From: a virus | Lineage: Duplodnaviria > Caudoviricetes | IMG/VR virus record: IMGVR_UViG_3300036713_000524 | Coordinates: 1-37,471 of that record | Reading direction: 5' to 3' (one strand) | DNA: 37,471 nucleotides | Shown here: positions 8,684 to 15,403 of the stretch, in pieces | Layout of the letters: each line of letters opens with the position of its first letter | How positions within the stretch are numbered: the first letter of the stretch is position 1 | Translations under genes and position numbers: made by a program | The notes under the pieces: generated by a model | The model's input: the letters and a program-made list of their open reading frames with translations, nothing else | Database searches by the model: none | Told to the model about the DNA's origin: nothing

Positions 8684-9175
8684 TCAGTGTGACCGGTGTC
8701 TCTTGATCTGCATGATCTCTTCCATTGCATCCGGGTATTCGAGGCCGGTTCGGATTACGTTTCTTAACGCGTCTGCTTCCGGTGACTCTTCAGGTTCTGA
8801 ATGCAACTCGACAAATTCATCCGCGATGTTTGCTAGCGTCGCGCGAAGGACTGCCGACTCTTCGATCGCGCGGTTTATCCGCTCGATCTTGCGATGGTCA
8901 TCTTCCCCGTGGCAGTAATAGAAAAGGTCGCCGACTCGTTGAGGTGTCTTGCCGGCCTTCATCATCTCCTGTCGCCGTTTCGCCATTTGCTTCGCCGCGT
9001 CATCCCGCGTGATCCGACAATCGCTCCAGGTGCCAAGCAAATAATCAAAAGGGACGACAACCGATTCGTCTTTTTTCGGTCGCCGCCCCTGGATGTAAAT
9101 ATCGATTGCGGCGATCAGAAGAAGGAGTGCTGCCGCCGTTGCCGCATAGATTGCGGCAGTTATTAGAAGTCCCAT
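8684..9175 (-). CDS. Hypothetical protein with N-terminal transmembrane segment
   Basis: Start MGLLITAAIYAATAAALLLLIAAI follows a GAGG SD-like sequence. The ORF-track start at 9241 coincides with the predicted -35 box. Confidence 0.7.
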   Translation of the reverse strand: MGLLITAAIYAATAAALLLLIAAIDIYIQGRRPKKDESVVVPFDYLLGTWSDCRITRDDAAKQMAKRRQEMMKAGKTPQRVGDLFYYCHGEDDHRKIERINRAIEESAVLRATLANIADEFVELHSEPEESPEADALRNVIRTGLEYPDAMEEIMQIKRHRSH

Positions 9176-9212
9176 CTCTTTTGCCTCGCGATTGGGGTTC
9201 GTTCTGGATCTG

Positions 9213-9241
9213 ACATTATCGACCTCGCTTGCTTGTGTCAA
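9213..9241 (-). promoter_or_regulatory. Putative sigma70 promoter for the replication operon (not of the repeat family)
   Basis: TTGACA (9241-9236), 17 bp, TAATGT (9218-9213), with an A/T-rich tract upstream. Confidence 0.6.
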
Positions 9242-9391
9242 CGAATCCTAGGAAAACAAAAAACCACTTGCTTTTTTTAAATTTTGATCAACAGTGCAAC
9301 GCTTCGCTTCCCGCGTTGCGTTGATCGCTTTCGCGGCAGGCTGCCCCTGCCGCGTCTCTCGCCGGCTGCCGGACCTCGATCGTTGCCCCCG

Positions 9392-9430
9392 ATCGGTTCG
9401 GTGGCCGGCTTCATTACCAGGTCGCCGGCT
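9392..9430. repeat. 39-bp direct repeat, copy 1
   Basis: ATCGGTTCGGTGGCCGGCTTCATTACCAGGTCGCCGGCT, one mismatch to 9730-9768. Confidence 0.9.
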
Positions 9431-9438
9431 TTTGCGAT

Positions 9439-9699
9439 TTAGACCCACGCCCGCGAATCCTTCACCCCGTTTAAGCCGTCGCTGGGTTTCTGGTCGCTGA
9501 GCGGGGTTTCTGGTCGCTGATTTGATCGCCGTTCTCGGAATGCTTCGATTTCGGCTTCTGACACCATCCATCTCGCCCGCTGCTTGCCGAGTCCAATGTT
9601 GACGGCTCGCAATTCGCCGGCCGCGATCAATTTTTTTAGGTGATCGACGCTACATCCCAACCGGGTAGCGGCTGCTCGCACGTTTAGTCCTTTCGTCAT
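9439..9699 (-). CDS. Excisionase-like helix-turn-helix DNA-binding protein (HTH_17/MerR-like)
   Basis: LNVRAAATRLGCSVDHLKKLIAAGELRAVNIG...RWMVSEAEIEAF is a typical Xis-family pattern. Confidence 0.85.
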   Translation of the reverse strand: MTKGLNVRAAATRLGCSVDHLKKLIAAGELRAVNIGLGKQRARWMVSEAEIEAFRERRSNQRPETPLSDQKPSDGLNGVKDSRAWV

Positions 9700-9729
9700 C
9701 TTTCAAAGCCTCGTTTTGAAAACAAAAAA

Positions 9730-9768
9730 ATCGGTTCGGTGGCCGGCTTCATTACCAGGGCGCCGGCT
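9730..9768. repeat. 39-bp direct repeat, copy 2
   Basis: ATCGGTTCGGTGGCCGGCTTCATTACCAGGGCGCCGGCT. Contains the stop codon of the 55-aa ORF. Confidence 0.9.
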
Positions 9769-9919
9769 GGACGTGCCCAGTGTAGTCGACCTTCAGCTTG
9801 CAGATAATTGTCTGGTCCCGGTAGGGAAGGTCGCGTCGCATGAAAACGGTTCCTCCGTCTACGTCGTAAATCCGGAATCCAATCTCAATCAAAAGGGTAA
9901 TCATCTTTTCTTGCGTCAT
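9752..9919 (-). CDS. Small hypothetical protein (55 aa, MTQEKMITLL...)
   Basis: GAGG precedes ATG 9919. Directly downstream of promoter repeat copy 1. Confidence 0.7.
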   Translation of the reverse strand: MTQEKMITLLIEIGFRIYDVDGGTVFMRRDLPYRDQTIICKLKVDYTGHVQPAPW

Positions 9920-9962
9920 CGCTTTGCCTCGTTTTCGCGGTTGTTGTTTCCTGTCTGCCTTT

Positions 9963-10009
9963 ATTATACACACCTTTCGGGATGTGGCAACGCCAAAGGT
10001 GAGCATATT
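9963..10009 (-). promoter_or_regulatory. Palindromic promoter repeat, copy 1
   Basis: TATGCTCAC-N25-GTGTGTATAAT, with TTGCCA-16-TATAAT. Confidence 0.85.
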
Positions 10010-10012
10010 TGC

Positions 10013-10055
10013 AAAAAAAAACCTTCGACCGGCGATTAGGGTCGCCGGCCGAAGG
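10013..10055 (-). terminator. Intrinsic terminator
   Basis: CCTTCGGCCGGCGA/TCGCCGGTCGAAGG 14-bp stem followed by T9 on the minus strand. Confidence 0.85.
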
Positions 10056-10256
10056 GAACGCTGCCGGGGGAGTAGCCCCGGCCACGAGGCATCCGCATTC
10101 TAGCCGGCCGGCTGTCGCGGTCCAGCCCCGCGTCCAACAAATGGACGCATTGATTTGCGTTGCGTCACTCGCGGTTGCCGGCTGCCTCCGGCTCGCTTTC
10201 CTGGTCGATCCCCAGCCCCCGGCCGGCCGGCTGAGGGTTGGTTGGCTGGCTCCGGC

Positions 10257-10418
10257 TCAGTCGTCGGTCTTTACGATCGTCTCCCGGCTTTGTACCGGGT
10301 AGCGGCTGCCGTCGCTTAGCGGAATGTACCAGCCGCTAAATCCGCGTCGAAGGGTGTCGAATACTTCGCGGCCTTCGATCTTGTCGCCTGGCTTTACGGT
10401 GTGGGCTTTGCGTTGCAT
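10257..10418 (-). CDS. Small hypothetical protein (53 aa, MQRKAHTVKPGD...)
   Basis: First ATG downstream of promoter repeat copy 2. Confidence 0.7.
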   Translation of the reverse strand: MQRKAHTVKPGDKIEGREVFDTLRRGFSGWYIPLSDGSRYPVQSRETIVKTDD

Positions 10419-10460
10419 GGTTTCTCTCGCGGGTTGGTCGGTTGTCTCTTGTCTGCCTTT

Positions 10461-10507
10461 ATTATACACACCTTTTGCCCGGTGGCAATGGCAAAGGTGA
10501 GTATATT
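10461..10507 (-). promoter_or_regulatory. Palindromic promoter repeat, copy 2
   Basis: TATACTCAC-N25-GTGTGTATAAT, with TTGCCA-16-TATAAT. Back-to-back with copy 3. Confidence 0.85.
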
Positions 10508-10547
10508 TCGAAAGTTTTCGTCGGCTTGTTTTCTTGTTTTCTTTTCA

Positions 10548-10594
10548 AATATACGCACGATTGACTTGCGTGAAGGCCGAAAGGTGTGTATAAT
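10548..10594 (+). promoter_or_regulatory. Palindromic promoter repeat, copy 3
   Basis: TATACGCAC-N25-GTGTGTATAAT, with TTGCGT-17-TATAAT. Confidence 0.85.
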
Positions 10595-10638
10595 TGGTGT
10601 AGTGAATGAAACACCCGCCAAACCAAAAAGGCACGACG

Positions 10639-10896
10639 ATGAAAAAAACGACCCCCGAGCAAAAAAAAGCTGACCAAGAACTGGCTCTTCGCTTCTCTCG
10701 CATCTCGCCCGAAAAGGCTGAGAACATCCGCCAGGCATATTACGCTGTCGCGGATCAGCTTGAGCCTCTGATGCAAATGCTGGAGGACGCTGATTGCGAC
10801 CTCGATTACGAAGCCGGCCCCTTGATCGAGGAGCACCTCAAAATCTGCGCTGCTGTCGAAGCTTTCAAAAAGTCCCGCATCGGCGCGGTTCTTTAA
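10639..10896 (+). CDS. Small hypothetical protein (85 aa, MKKTTPEQ...)
   Basis: Helical ORF downstream of copy 3 with an AAGG SD-like sequence. Confidence 0.75.
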   Translation: MKKTTPEQKKADQELALRFSRISPEKAENIRQAYYAVADQLEPLMQMLEDADCDLDYEAGPLIEEHLKICAAVEAFKKSRIGAVL

Positions 10897-10908
10897 TCCC
10901 TGTCACCC

Positions 10909-10935
10909 GCCAGCCGGCGATCGTCGCCGGCTGGC
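10909..10935. repeat. Intercistronic GCCGGCGATCGTCGCCGGC hairpin (diverged copy of the 63-bp repeat)
   Basis: GCCAGCCGGCGA-TCG-TCGCCGGCTGGC, 12-bp stem with no T tail. Confidence 0.8.
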
Positions 10936-10960
10936 TCGTTCCCTCTCTTTGGAGTTTTCA

Positions 10961-11164
10961 ATGCGTATTCTCACGATAGTCTTGAAATCTGGCGCCAAGC
11001 TTGAATTCGAAATGCCGGTGTCGTATGACCCGGCCGACTTGATGAATTTTCAGTGCCGGTGGTTCGCAACCATCGAAAGCCCATATTACCGGGTCCAGGG
11101 CTGCACGGGTCCCGTCCAGATCGACGTCCGCACCCTTGCTGTTGTCACTTGCCGAAAGGCATAG
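10961..11164 (+). CDS. Small hypothetical protein (67 aa, MRILTIVLKSG...)
   Basis: GGAG at 10951 before the ATG. Followed by a terminator. Confidence 0.75.
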   Translation: MRILTIVLKSGAKLEFEMPVSYDPADLMNFQCRWFATIESPYYRVQGCTGPVQIDVRTLAVVTCRKA

Positions 11165-11176
11165 GACGCGGCAGCC

Positions 11177-11218
11177 GGCCGGCCAGGCATTCCAGCCTGG
11201 CCGGCCTTTTCTTTTTTT
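11177..11218 (+). terminator. Intrinsic terminator
   Basis: GGCCGGCCAGGC-ATTCCA-GCCTGGCCGGCC perfect 12-bp stem followed by a T tract. Confidence 0.9.
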
Positions 11219-11225
11219 CTTTTCA

Positions 11226-11271
11226 AATATACGCATAATTGACTTGCAGCAATCCGAAAGGTGTGTATAAT
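11226..11271 (+). promoter_or_regulatory. Palindromic promoter repeat, copy 4
   Basis: TATACGCAT-N24-GTGTGTATAAT, with TTGCAG-16-TATAAT. Confidence 0.85.
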
Positions 11272-11317
11272 TGGGGTAGTGAAGCAAACAACCGTCAAAC
11301 ATCGCGAGGCAAAAACG

Positions 11318-12148
11318 ATGACCTGCCCTTCAAACATCCCCTTCGGCGTCGAACTAGAAACCACCATGCCCGTCTCGGATACAACCCCGATCGGTGGTTA
11401 TCACCGAGGGCTGCCCGTCCAGTGGCTTCCCTCCGGCTGGAAGGCTGAACGGGACGGATCCATCCGAACCATCCCGAACCGCAAGGGTTGCGAATTCGTC
11501 AGCCCCATCCTTCGCGGAACCGACGGCCTGGAACAAATCCAAACCGCTTGCGACTCGATCAAAGATCGCGGTGGAAAGGTCAACGCTTCATGCGGTGTCC
11601 ACGTCACGGTCACCTTCGATGGCGACGCGGCTGCACTTGCTCGCCTGGTCTGCCTGGTCGCAAACCATGAAAAAGCTCTTTACGCTTCGACTGGAACGAC
11701 GACCAGGGAAGAGGGCACCTACGCTAAAGGGCTGAAAAGCTACGGCAAGGATGACGCAAAAAGCCGGCTTGATCGGGATCGCTTCCACGTCTTGAATCTG
11801 ACGCACATCGCTCGCGGTCGCAACCGCGTAGAATTCCGCGTTTTTTCCGGCTCGCTGAATCCTGACAAAATCACCGCATGGGTTCAAATCTGCTTGGCAC
11901 TTGTTTCGCTCGCAACCGCGCAGCAACGATCAACGTCTTGGGATTACGAAGCAAAGGCCGGCAAGCCTGGCCCTTGGGATCGCTCAGGGGCTGGCGAGGG
12001 CGAGACGGAGTTGGCTCGCCTATTCTATCGCATCGGCTGGACCAAGGGCCACACATCGAAGACCTACGGGGTTATCGGTGAAGGTGTGAAAGCGATGAAA
12101 AAAACGCTTCGGCTGATGGGTCGCAAATACGACGCGGCTGCCGCGTAG
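11318..12148 (+). CDS. Putative amidoligase (COOH-NH2 ligase, Amidoligase_2-like)
   Basis: FGVELET, WKAERDGSI, CEFVSPIL, NASCGVHVTV, RFHVLNL and VEFRVFSGSLN motifs. GAGG before ATG 11318. Confidence 0.88.
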   Translation: MTCPSNIPFGVELETTMPVSDTTPIGGYHRGLPVQWLPSGWKAERDGSIRTIPNRKGCEFVSPILRGTDGLEQIQTACDSIKDRGGKVNASCGVHVTVTFDGDAAALARLVCLVANHEKALYASTGTTTREEGTYAKGLKSYGKDDAKSRLDRDRFHVLNLTHIARGRNRVEFRVFSGSLNPDKITAWVQICLALVSLATAQQRSTSWDYEAKAGKPGPWDRSGAGEGETELARLFYRIGWTKGHTSKTYGVIGEGVKAMKKTLRLMGRKYDAAAA

Positions 12149-12174
12149 CCGGCTGCCGGCTGCCGGCCATCGCT

Positions 12175-12207
12175 AGAACCCGGGGTTATTTTCCAGGTTC
12201 TTTTTTT
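12175..12207 (+). terminator. Intrinsic terminator
   Basis: AGAACCCGGGG...TTCCAGGTTCT imperfect stem followed by a T tract. Confidence 0.7.
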
Positions 12208-12208
12208 A

Positions 12209-12255
12209 TTTATACGCACCTTTCGCTTGCGTCCTGTCCGAAAGGTGTGTATAAT
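12209..12255 (+). promoter_or_regulatory. Palindromic promoter repeat, copy 5
   Basis: TTATACGCACCTTTCG...CGAAAGGTGTGTATAAT, with TTGCGT-17-TATAAT. Confidence 0.9.
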
Positions 12256-12301
12256 TGGTGTAGTGAATGAAACAAAACCCTTTCCGCTCCGAGGCTTTCC
12301 G

Positions 12302-12616
12302 ATGAATTCCATCCGTCAATTCAACGACAACGATTTTGCTGCTTTTGCTGGCGTCAGTTCTTTCGCTGACGATACTCGCCCCCTGATCTGGTTTGATACA
12401 ACCGGCGACATTGTTGTCGTTGGTTCCAAAATCGGCATCTCGATTTTGTTTTCGCCCGGTGAATCGGAAGATTTCATCGAAGCCCACCTGACGATGAATC
12501 TGCCGTCTCAGCCGATCGCTCGCGCAACGATGGCCGGTGTGATCGCAAGCATCGATTTTGTTGATTTTCACAAAATGTTGGACGGATTGTCAAAGCTTGG
12601 CTTCAAGGCAATCTGA
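12302..12616 (+). CDS. Hypothetical protein (104 aa, MNSIRQFND...)
   Basis: GAGG before the ATG. Sits between copies 5 and 6. Confidence 0.75.
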   Translation: MNSIRQFNDNDFAAFAGVSSFADDTRPLIWFDTTGDIVVVGSKIGISILFSPGESEDFIEAHLTMNLPSQPIARATMAGVIASIDFVDFHKMLDGLSKLGFKAI

Positions 12617-12627
12617 AAAACTTTTCA

Positions 12628-12674
12628 ATTATACGCACCTTTCGCTTGCAAGCCATCCGAAAGGTGTGTATAAT
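12628..12674 (+). promoter_or_regulatory. Palindromic promoter repeat, copy 6
   Basis: ATTATACGCACCTTTCG-N13-CGAAAGGTGTGTATAAT, with TTGCAA-17-TATAAT. 12617-12676 is identical to 12978-13037. Confidence 0.9.
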
Positions 12675-12733
12675 ACGAGCATGGCGAACGGGGTTCGCCG
12701 CCTTCCCTTCCCTCTTGCTTTGGAGTCTTCGCC

Positions 12734-12976
12734 ATGCGTCCTTCGTCCATCACCGTTTCTGGTTCGCTCGCTGACCTCTCGACCGTTGCTGACGTTCGAG
12801 GGCTGTCCCAACGCCACTTCGGTGGGATCCAGTGGGAATCTGCCGCAAAGCGGATCGCGCGTCGTGCCGGTGGCTTCCGTGTCTTGTTGGCCGACGGCCG
12901 ACTTCGAATCTTCACCTTGCTCGCTGACGGCCGGGTTGCTGTCTCGACCTGGAATGCAACCGACTGGTCATTCTAG
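12734..12976 (+). CDS. Small hypothetical protein (80 aa)
   Basis: GGAG before the ATG. Sits between copies 6 and 7. Confidence 0.75.
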   Translation: MRPSSITVSGSLADLSTVADVRGLSQRHFGGIQWESAAKRIARRAGGFRVLLADGRLRIFTLLADGRVAVSTWNATDWSF

Positions 12977-12988
12977 GAAAACTTTTCA

Positions 12989-13035
12989 ATTATACGCACC
13001 TTTCGCTTGCAAGCCATCCGAAAGGTGTGTATAAT
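12989..13035 (+). promoter_or_regulatory. Palindromic promoter repeat, copy 7
   Basis: Core identical to copy 6. Confidence 0.9.
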
Positions 13036-13079
13036 ACAAACATCGAAAGCAACCCCCGCCAATCACGAGGCACCTCGAA

Positions 13080-13625
13080 ATGTCCACTCTTTACACCGTC
13101 ACCGTCGAAAGCTCCGGCCGAACCCGCCACTCATTCGGTCGCCTTGAAGAAACCTTCGACGATGCTCTTCGTTTCGCTCGCCGGCTCTGGAACGGCTGCA
13201 GCCCTGCTGAGCGAGGCAAGTGGGATTCCATCTCGGTTGCGTCCCCCGAGAGCACCACGGTCGTCTGGACCCGCCCCTCGCTGCTCGACATCCCGGCCGG
13301 TCGATACGCTTTCGAAGGCAAGCGATACGTTGTCACCGTCCCGAAGGCCGGCTCCAAATGGTTCGGATTCGTCTTCGTCGCAACGGGTAGCGAATACCAC
13401 GACCGCACAACCATCGCTGTCGTCACCCCACGCGGGACCTTCGGTGTGAAAACGTCGGCCAGGGGAGAGGCTGTCACCAACGCCATCGCGGCTGACCCCA
13501 TCGGCCGCATGGCGGAATTCGGCCAAATCACCGGCCGGTGTGGTCGATGCGGTCGGGTCCTTGAGGACGCGGATTCAATCGCTGCCGGTCTTGGCCCGAT
13601 CTGCCAGCAAAAAATGGCCGGCTGA
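13080..13625 (+). CDS. Protein with C-terminal DUF6011-like zinc-binding motif
   Basis: GRCGRCGRVLEDADSIAAGLGPIC matches CxxCGRxLxDxxSxxxGxGPxC. GAGG upstream. Confidence 0.8.
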   Translation: MSTLYTVTVESSGRTRHSFGRLEETFDDALRFARRLWNGCSPAERGKWDSISVASPESTTVVWTRPSLLDIPAGRYAFEGKRYVVTVPKAGSKWFGFVFVATGSEYHDRTTIAVVTPRGTFGVKTSARGEAVTNAIAADPIGRMAEFGQITGRCGRCGRVLEDADSIAAGLGPICQQKMAG

Positions 13626-13634
13626 TCCCGGCCG

Positions 13635-13663
13635 GGTCCGGAATCAATCCGGACCTTTTTTTT
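13635..13663 (+). terminator. Intrinsic terminator
   Basis: GGTCCGGA-ATCAA-TCCGGACC followed by T8. Confidence 0.88.
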
Positions 13664-13710
13664 ATTATGCCCACCTTTCGCTTGCAACGCATCCGAAAGG
13701 TGTGTATAAT
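13664..13710 (+). promoter_or_regulatory. Palindromic promoter repeat, copy 8
   Basis: TATGCCCAC-N25-GTGTGTATAAT, with TTGCAA-17-TATAAT. Confidence 0.9.
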
Positions 13711-13752
13711 TGGTGTAGTGAATGAAACACCCGCCAACCACGAGCCACAAAA

Positions 13753-13998
13753 ATGTCCGATTCACTTGTTGTCCACGCGAACCGCATGGATTCCGCCATC
13801 CTGGTCGTCATCAACGAAACGGCGAAAGCTTGGGAAGTTCGCAACGTCGATTGTGGACGGTCTTGCTGGCTGCCGAAGAGCGGACTTCGCCTTTACAAGC
13901 CAGGCGTCGAATCCTACGAGGGCGAGTATGTTCTCGCTCCCTGGCTTCGGTCGAAGCTTTCCGACCAGCAAGAAAAGGTCTTGAACCTTTTGATGTGA
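13753..13998 (+). CDS. Small hypothetical protein (81 aa, ETAKAW...WLPKS motif)
   Basis: ORF fills the space between copies 8 and 9. Confidence 0.78.
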   Translation: MSDSLVVHANRMDSAILVVINETAKAWEVRNVDCGRSCWLPKSGLRLYKPGVESYEGEYVLAPWLRSKLSDQQEKVLNLLM

Positions 13999-14009
13999 AA
14001 ATCTTTTCA

Positions 14010-14057
14010 ATTATACGCACCTTTCCCCTTGCAAGGACCCCGAAAGGTGTGTATAAT
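14010..14057 (+). promoter_or_regulatory. Palindromic promoter repeat, copy 9
   Basis: TATACGCAC-N26-GTGTGTATAAT, with TTGCAA-17-TATAAT. Confidence 0.9.
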
Positions 14058-14097
14058 TGGTGTAGTGAATGAAACACCCGCCAACCTGGAACCAGCC

Positions 14098-14244
14098 ATG
14101 AAAACCCGCACCGTCTGCCTGACCCCCATCCGCCCCGAAGTTGTCAGCTATGTCGAGTGGCTGAAAAAAGAAGGCATCGTTGTCGTCTCCGTCGTATGGC
14201 CCACGCTGCCCGGTCGCGACGTCCGCGTCACCTTCGAGGTTTGA
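14098..14244 (+). CDS. Small hypothetical protein (48 aa, MKTRTVCL...)
   Basis: ATG placed about 40 bp after copy 9, as in the other cassettes. Confidence 0.65.
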   Translation: MKTRTVCLTPIRPEVVSYVEWLKKEGIVVVSVVWPTLPGRDVRVTFEV

Positions 14245-14306
14245 ACCGCTCCCTTTCCCCACGGCTGGCACGATCGCCAGCCGGCCCCTTCCCGAGGAAC
14301 CCTGCC

Positions 14307-14486
14307 ATGAAAAAGCTTGACGCCACTCACCGGCTCTTCGCCAAGGCTGACGCAATCAAAATTGCTGCCGAAATGAAGGCCGGCGATCCCGATTGGGATT
14401 ACCGTCCGGTTCATTGCCCGAAAGGGACCGGCTTCAGTTTCATCGAAATTTTCGACGAGGACGGTCAATTCGTCGCCCGCGTTTAA
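14307..14486 (+). CDS. Small hypothetical protein (59 aa, MKKLDATHRL...)
   Basis: Preceded by the RBS block CCCCTTCCCGAGGAACCCTGC (14285-14305). Confidence 0.72.
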   Translation: MKKLDATHRLFAKADAIKIAAEMKAGDPDWDYRPVHCPKGTGFSFIEIFDEDGQFVARV

Positions 14487-14517
14487 TCCTGCTTCCCCTT
14501 CCCGAGGAACCCTGCAA

Positions 14518-14790
14518 ATGCCCGCTTACAATCCCGATCTCCAGATCACCCGCCCGGACAAAACCGGAGCCAGGACCGTCCATCGCGCTGCTCGCGGCCC
14601 TTCGGCCGATCCGGCCTTTACTGGCGACCCCGGCGACCCCGGCTGCAACGGCCGGTGTGTTGTCGCGAGAATCAGCCGGTATCTCGGTGGCCGTGAAGGA
14701 ATCAGCCACGTCGTGACCGGCTGCAATATTCACGCTCGGTTCTATTCCGAAAAGGCCGCGATCGATTGGTGTCGATCGACCTTCGGCTAA
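14518..14790 (+). CDS. Small hypothetical protein (90 aa)
   Basis: Preceded by the same 21-bp RBS block (14495-14515). Confidence 0.72.
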   Translation: MPAYNPDLQITRPDKTGARTVHRAARGPSADPAFTGDPGDPGCNGRCVVARISRYLGGREGISHVVTGCNIHARFYSEKAAIDWCRSTFG

Positions 14791-14800
14791 AATCTTTTCA

Positions 14801-14847
14801 ATTATGCTCACCTTTCCCTTGCGAGGACCCCGAAAGGTGTGTATAAT
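14801..14847 (+). promoter_or_regulatory. Palindromic promoter repeat, copy 10
   Basis: TATGCTCAC-N25-GTGTGTATAAT, with TTGCGA-17-TATAAT. Confidence 0.9.
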
Positions 14848-14890
14848 ACAAACATCGAAAGCAACCCCCGCCAAACCAAAAGGCACCGCA

Positions 14891-15115
14891 ATGTCCAATC
14901 AAAAAGCCCTCACCGCTTACCTTCGGACCGCGTCTGACGTCCGTGCTTTGCTCGCTCGCCTCGAATCAGGGTTGGATGCTTACCAGGACCGTGTTTCTCC
15001 TGACGAGGTCAACTATGGCCACGTGGGCGATATGGGATACCTGATGGCTTCCCTGCAGGACCTGTCCGACCGCGTCAACGAGGAGAACGAATACGCCTCT
15101 GATGAGGCAGCCTAG
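14891..15115 (+). CDS. Small helical phage protein (74 aa, PDEVNYGHVGD motif)
   Basis: Downstream of copy 10. The motif recalls a phage hypothetical family (PDE[IV]xWGHVG), from memory only. Confidence 0.75.
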   Translation: MSNQKALTAYLRTASDVRALLARLESGLDAYQDRVSPDEVNYGHVGDMGYLMASLQDLSDRVNEENEYASDEAA

Positions 15116-15174
15116 TCGCTGCCCTGCTTCCCAACGGCCGGCGATCGTCGCCGGCCGGCTTGCTCCCTCTTGCT
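15112..15174. repeat. 63-bp exact direct repeat with hairpin, copy 1
   Basis: CTAGTCGCTGCCCTGCTTCCCAACGGCCGGCGATCGTCGCCGGCCGGCTTGCTCCCTCTTGCT, identical to 15400-15462. Confidence 0.95.
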
Positions 15175-15187
15175 CCACTCCTGTCCC

Positions 15188-15403
15188 ATGAATTACAGCA
15201 AACCCTATTTTCAAGCCACCCTTCCGTTTGTCTCGCGGAAAGAAGCAATCAGTCAGCGAGAAAAACGCGATGCCATCCGCGCTCGCAACGCCAGGTTGAT
15301 GTCTCGCCGCTACCCCACTGAATTGCAATGCCAAAGGGCCATCGATCGCTCGCCCGATTGGGCTGAGTTGTTGGCCACCGAGACGATGGATCTCTGCTTC
15401 TAG
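15188..15403 (+). CDS. Small hypothetical protein (71 aa, MNYSKPYF...)
   Basis: ORF exactly bracketed by the two 63-bp repeats. Confidence 0.65.
   Translation: MNYSKPYFQATLPFVSRKEAISQREKRDAIRARNARLMSRRYPTELQCQRAIDRSPDWAELLATETMDLCF

Noticed and set aside
9439-9699. Xis-like gene as proof of an integration module or att site
   Set aside because: No integrase is present in the window, and HTH_17 proteins often act only as regulators.
9752-15115. ORF-track proteins sharing RKVCIIGVVNET / YTHLS / KGVYN peptides as a protein family
   Set aside because: These are translations of the non-coding promoter repeat. The real starts lie downstream, after SD-like motifs.
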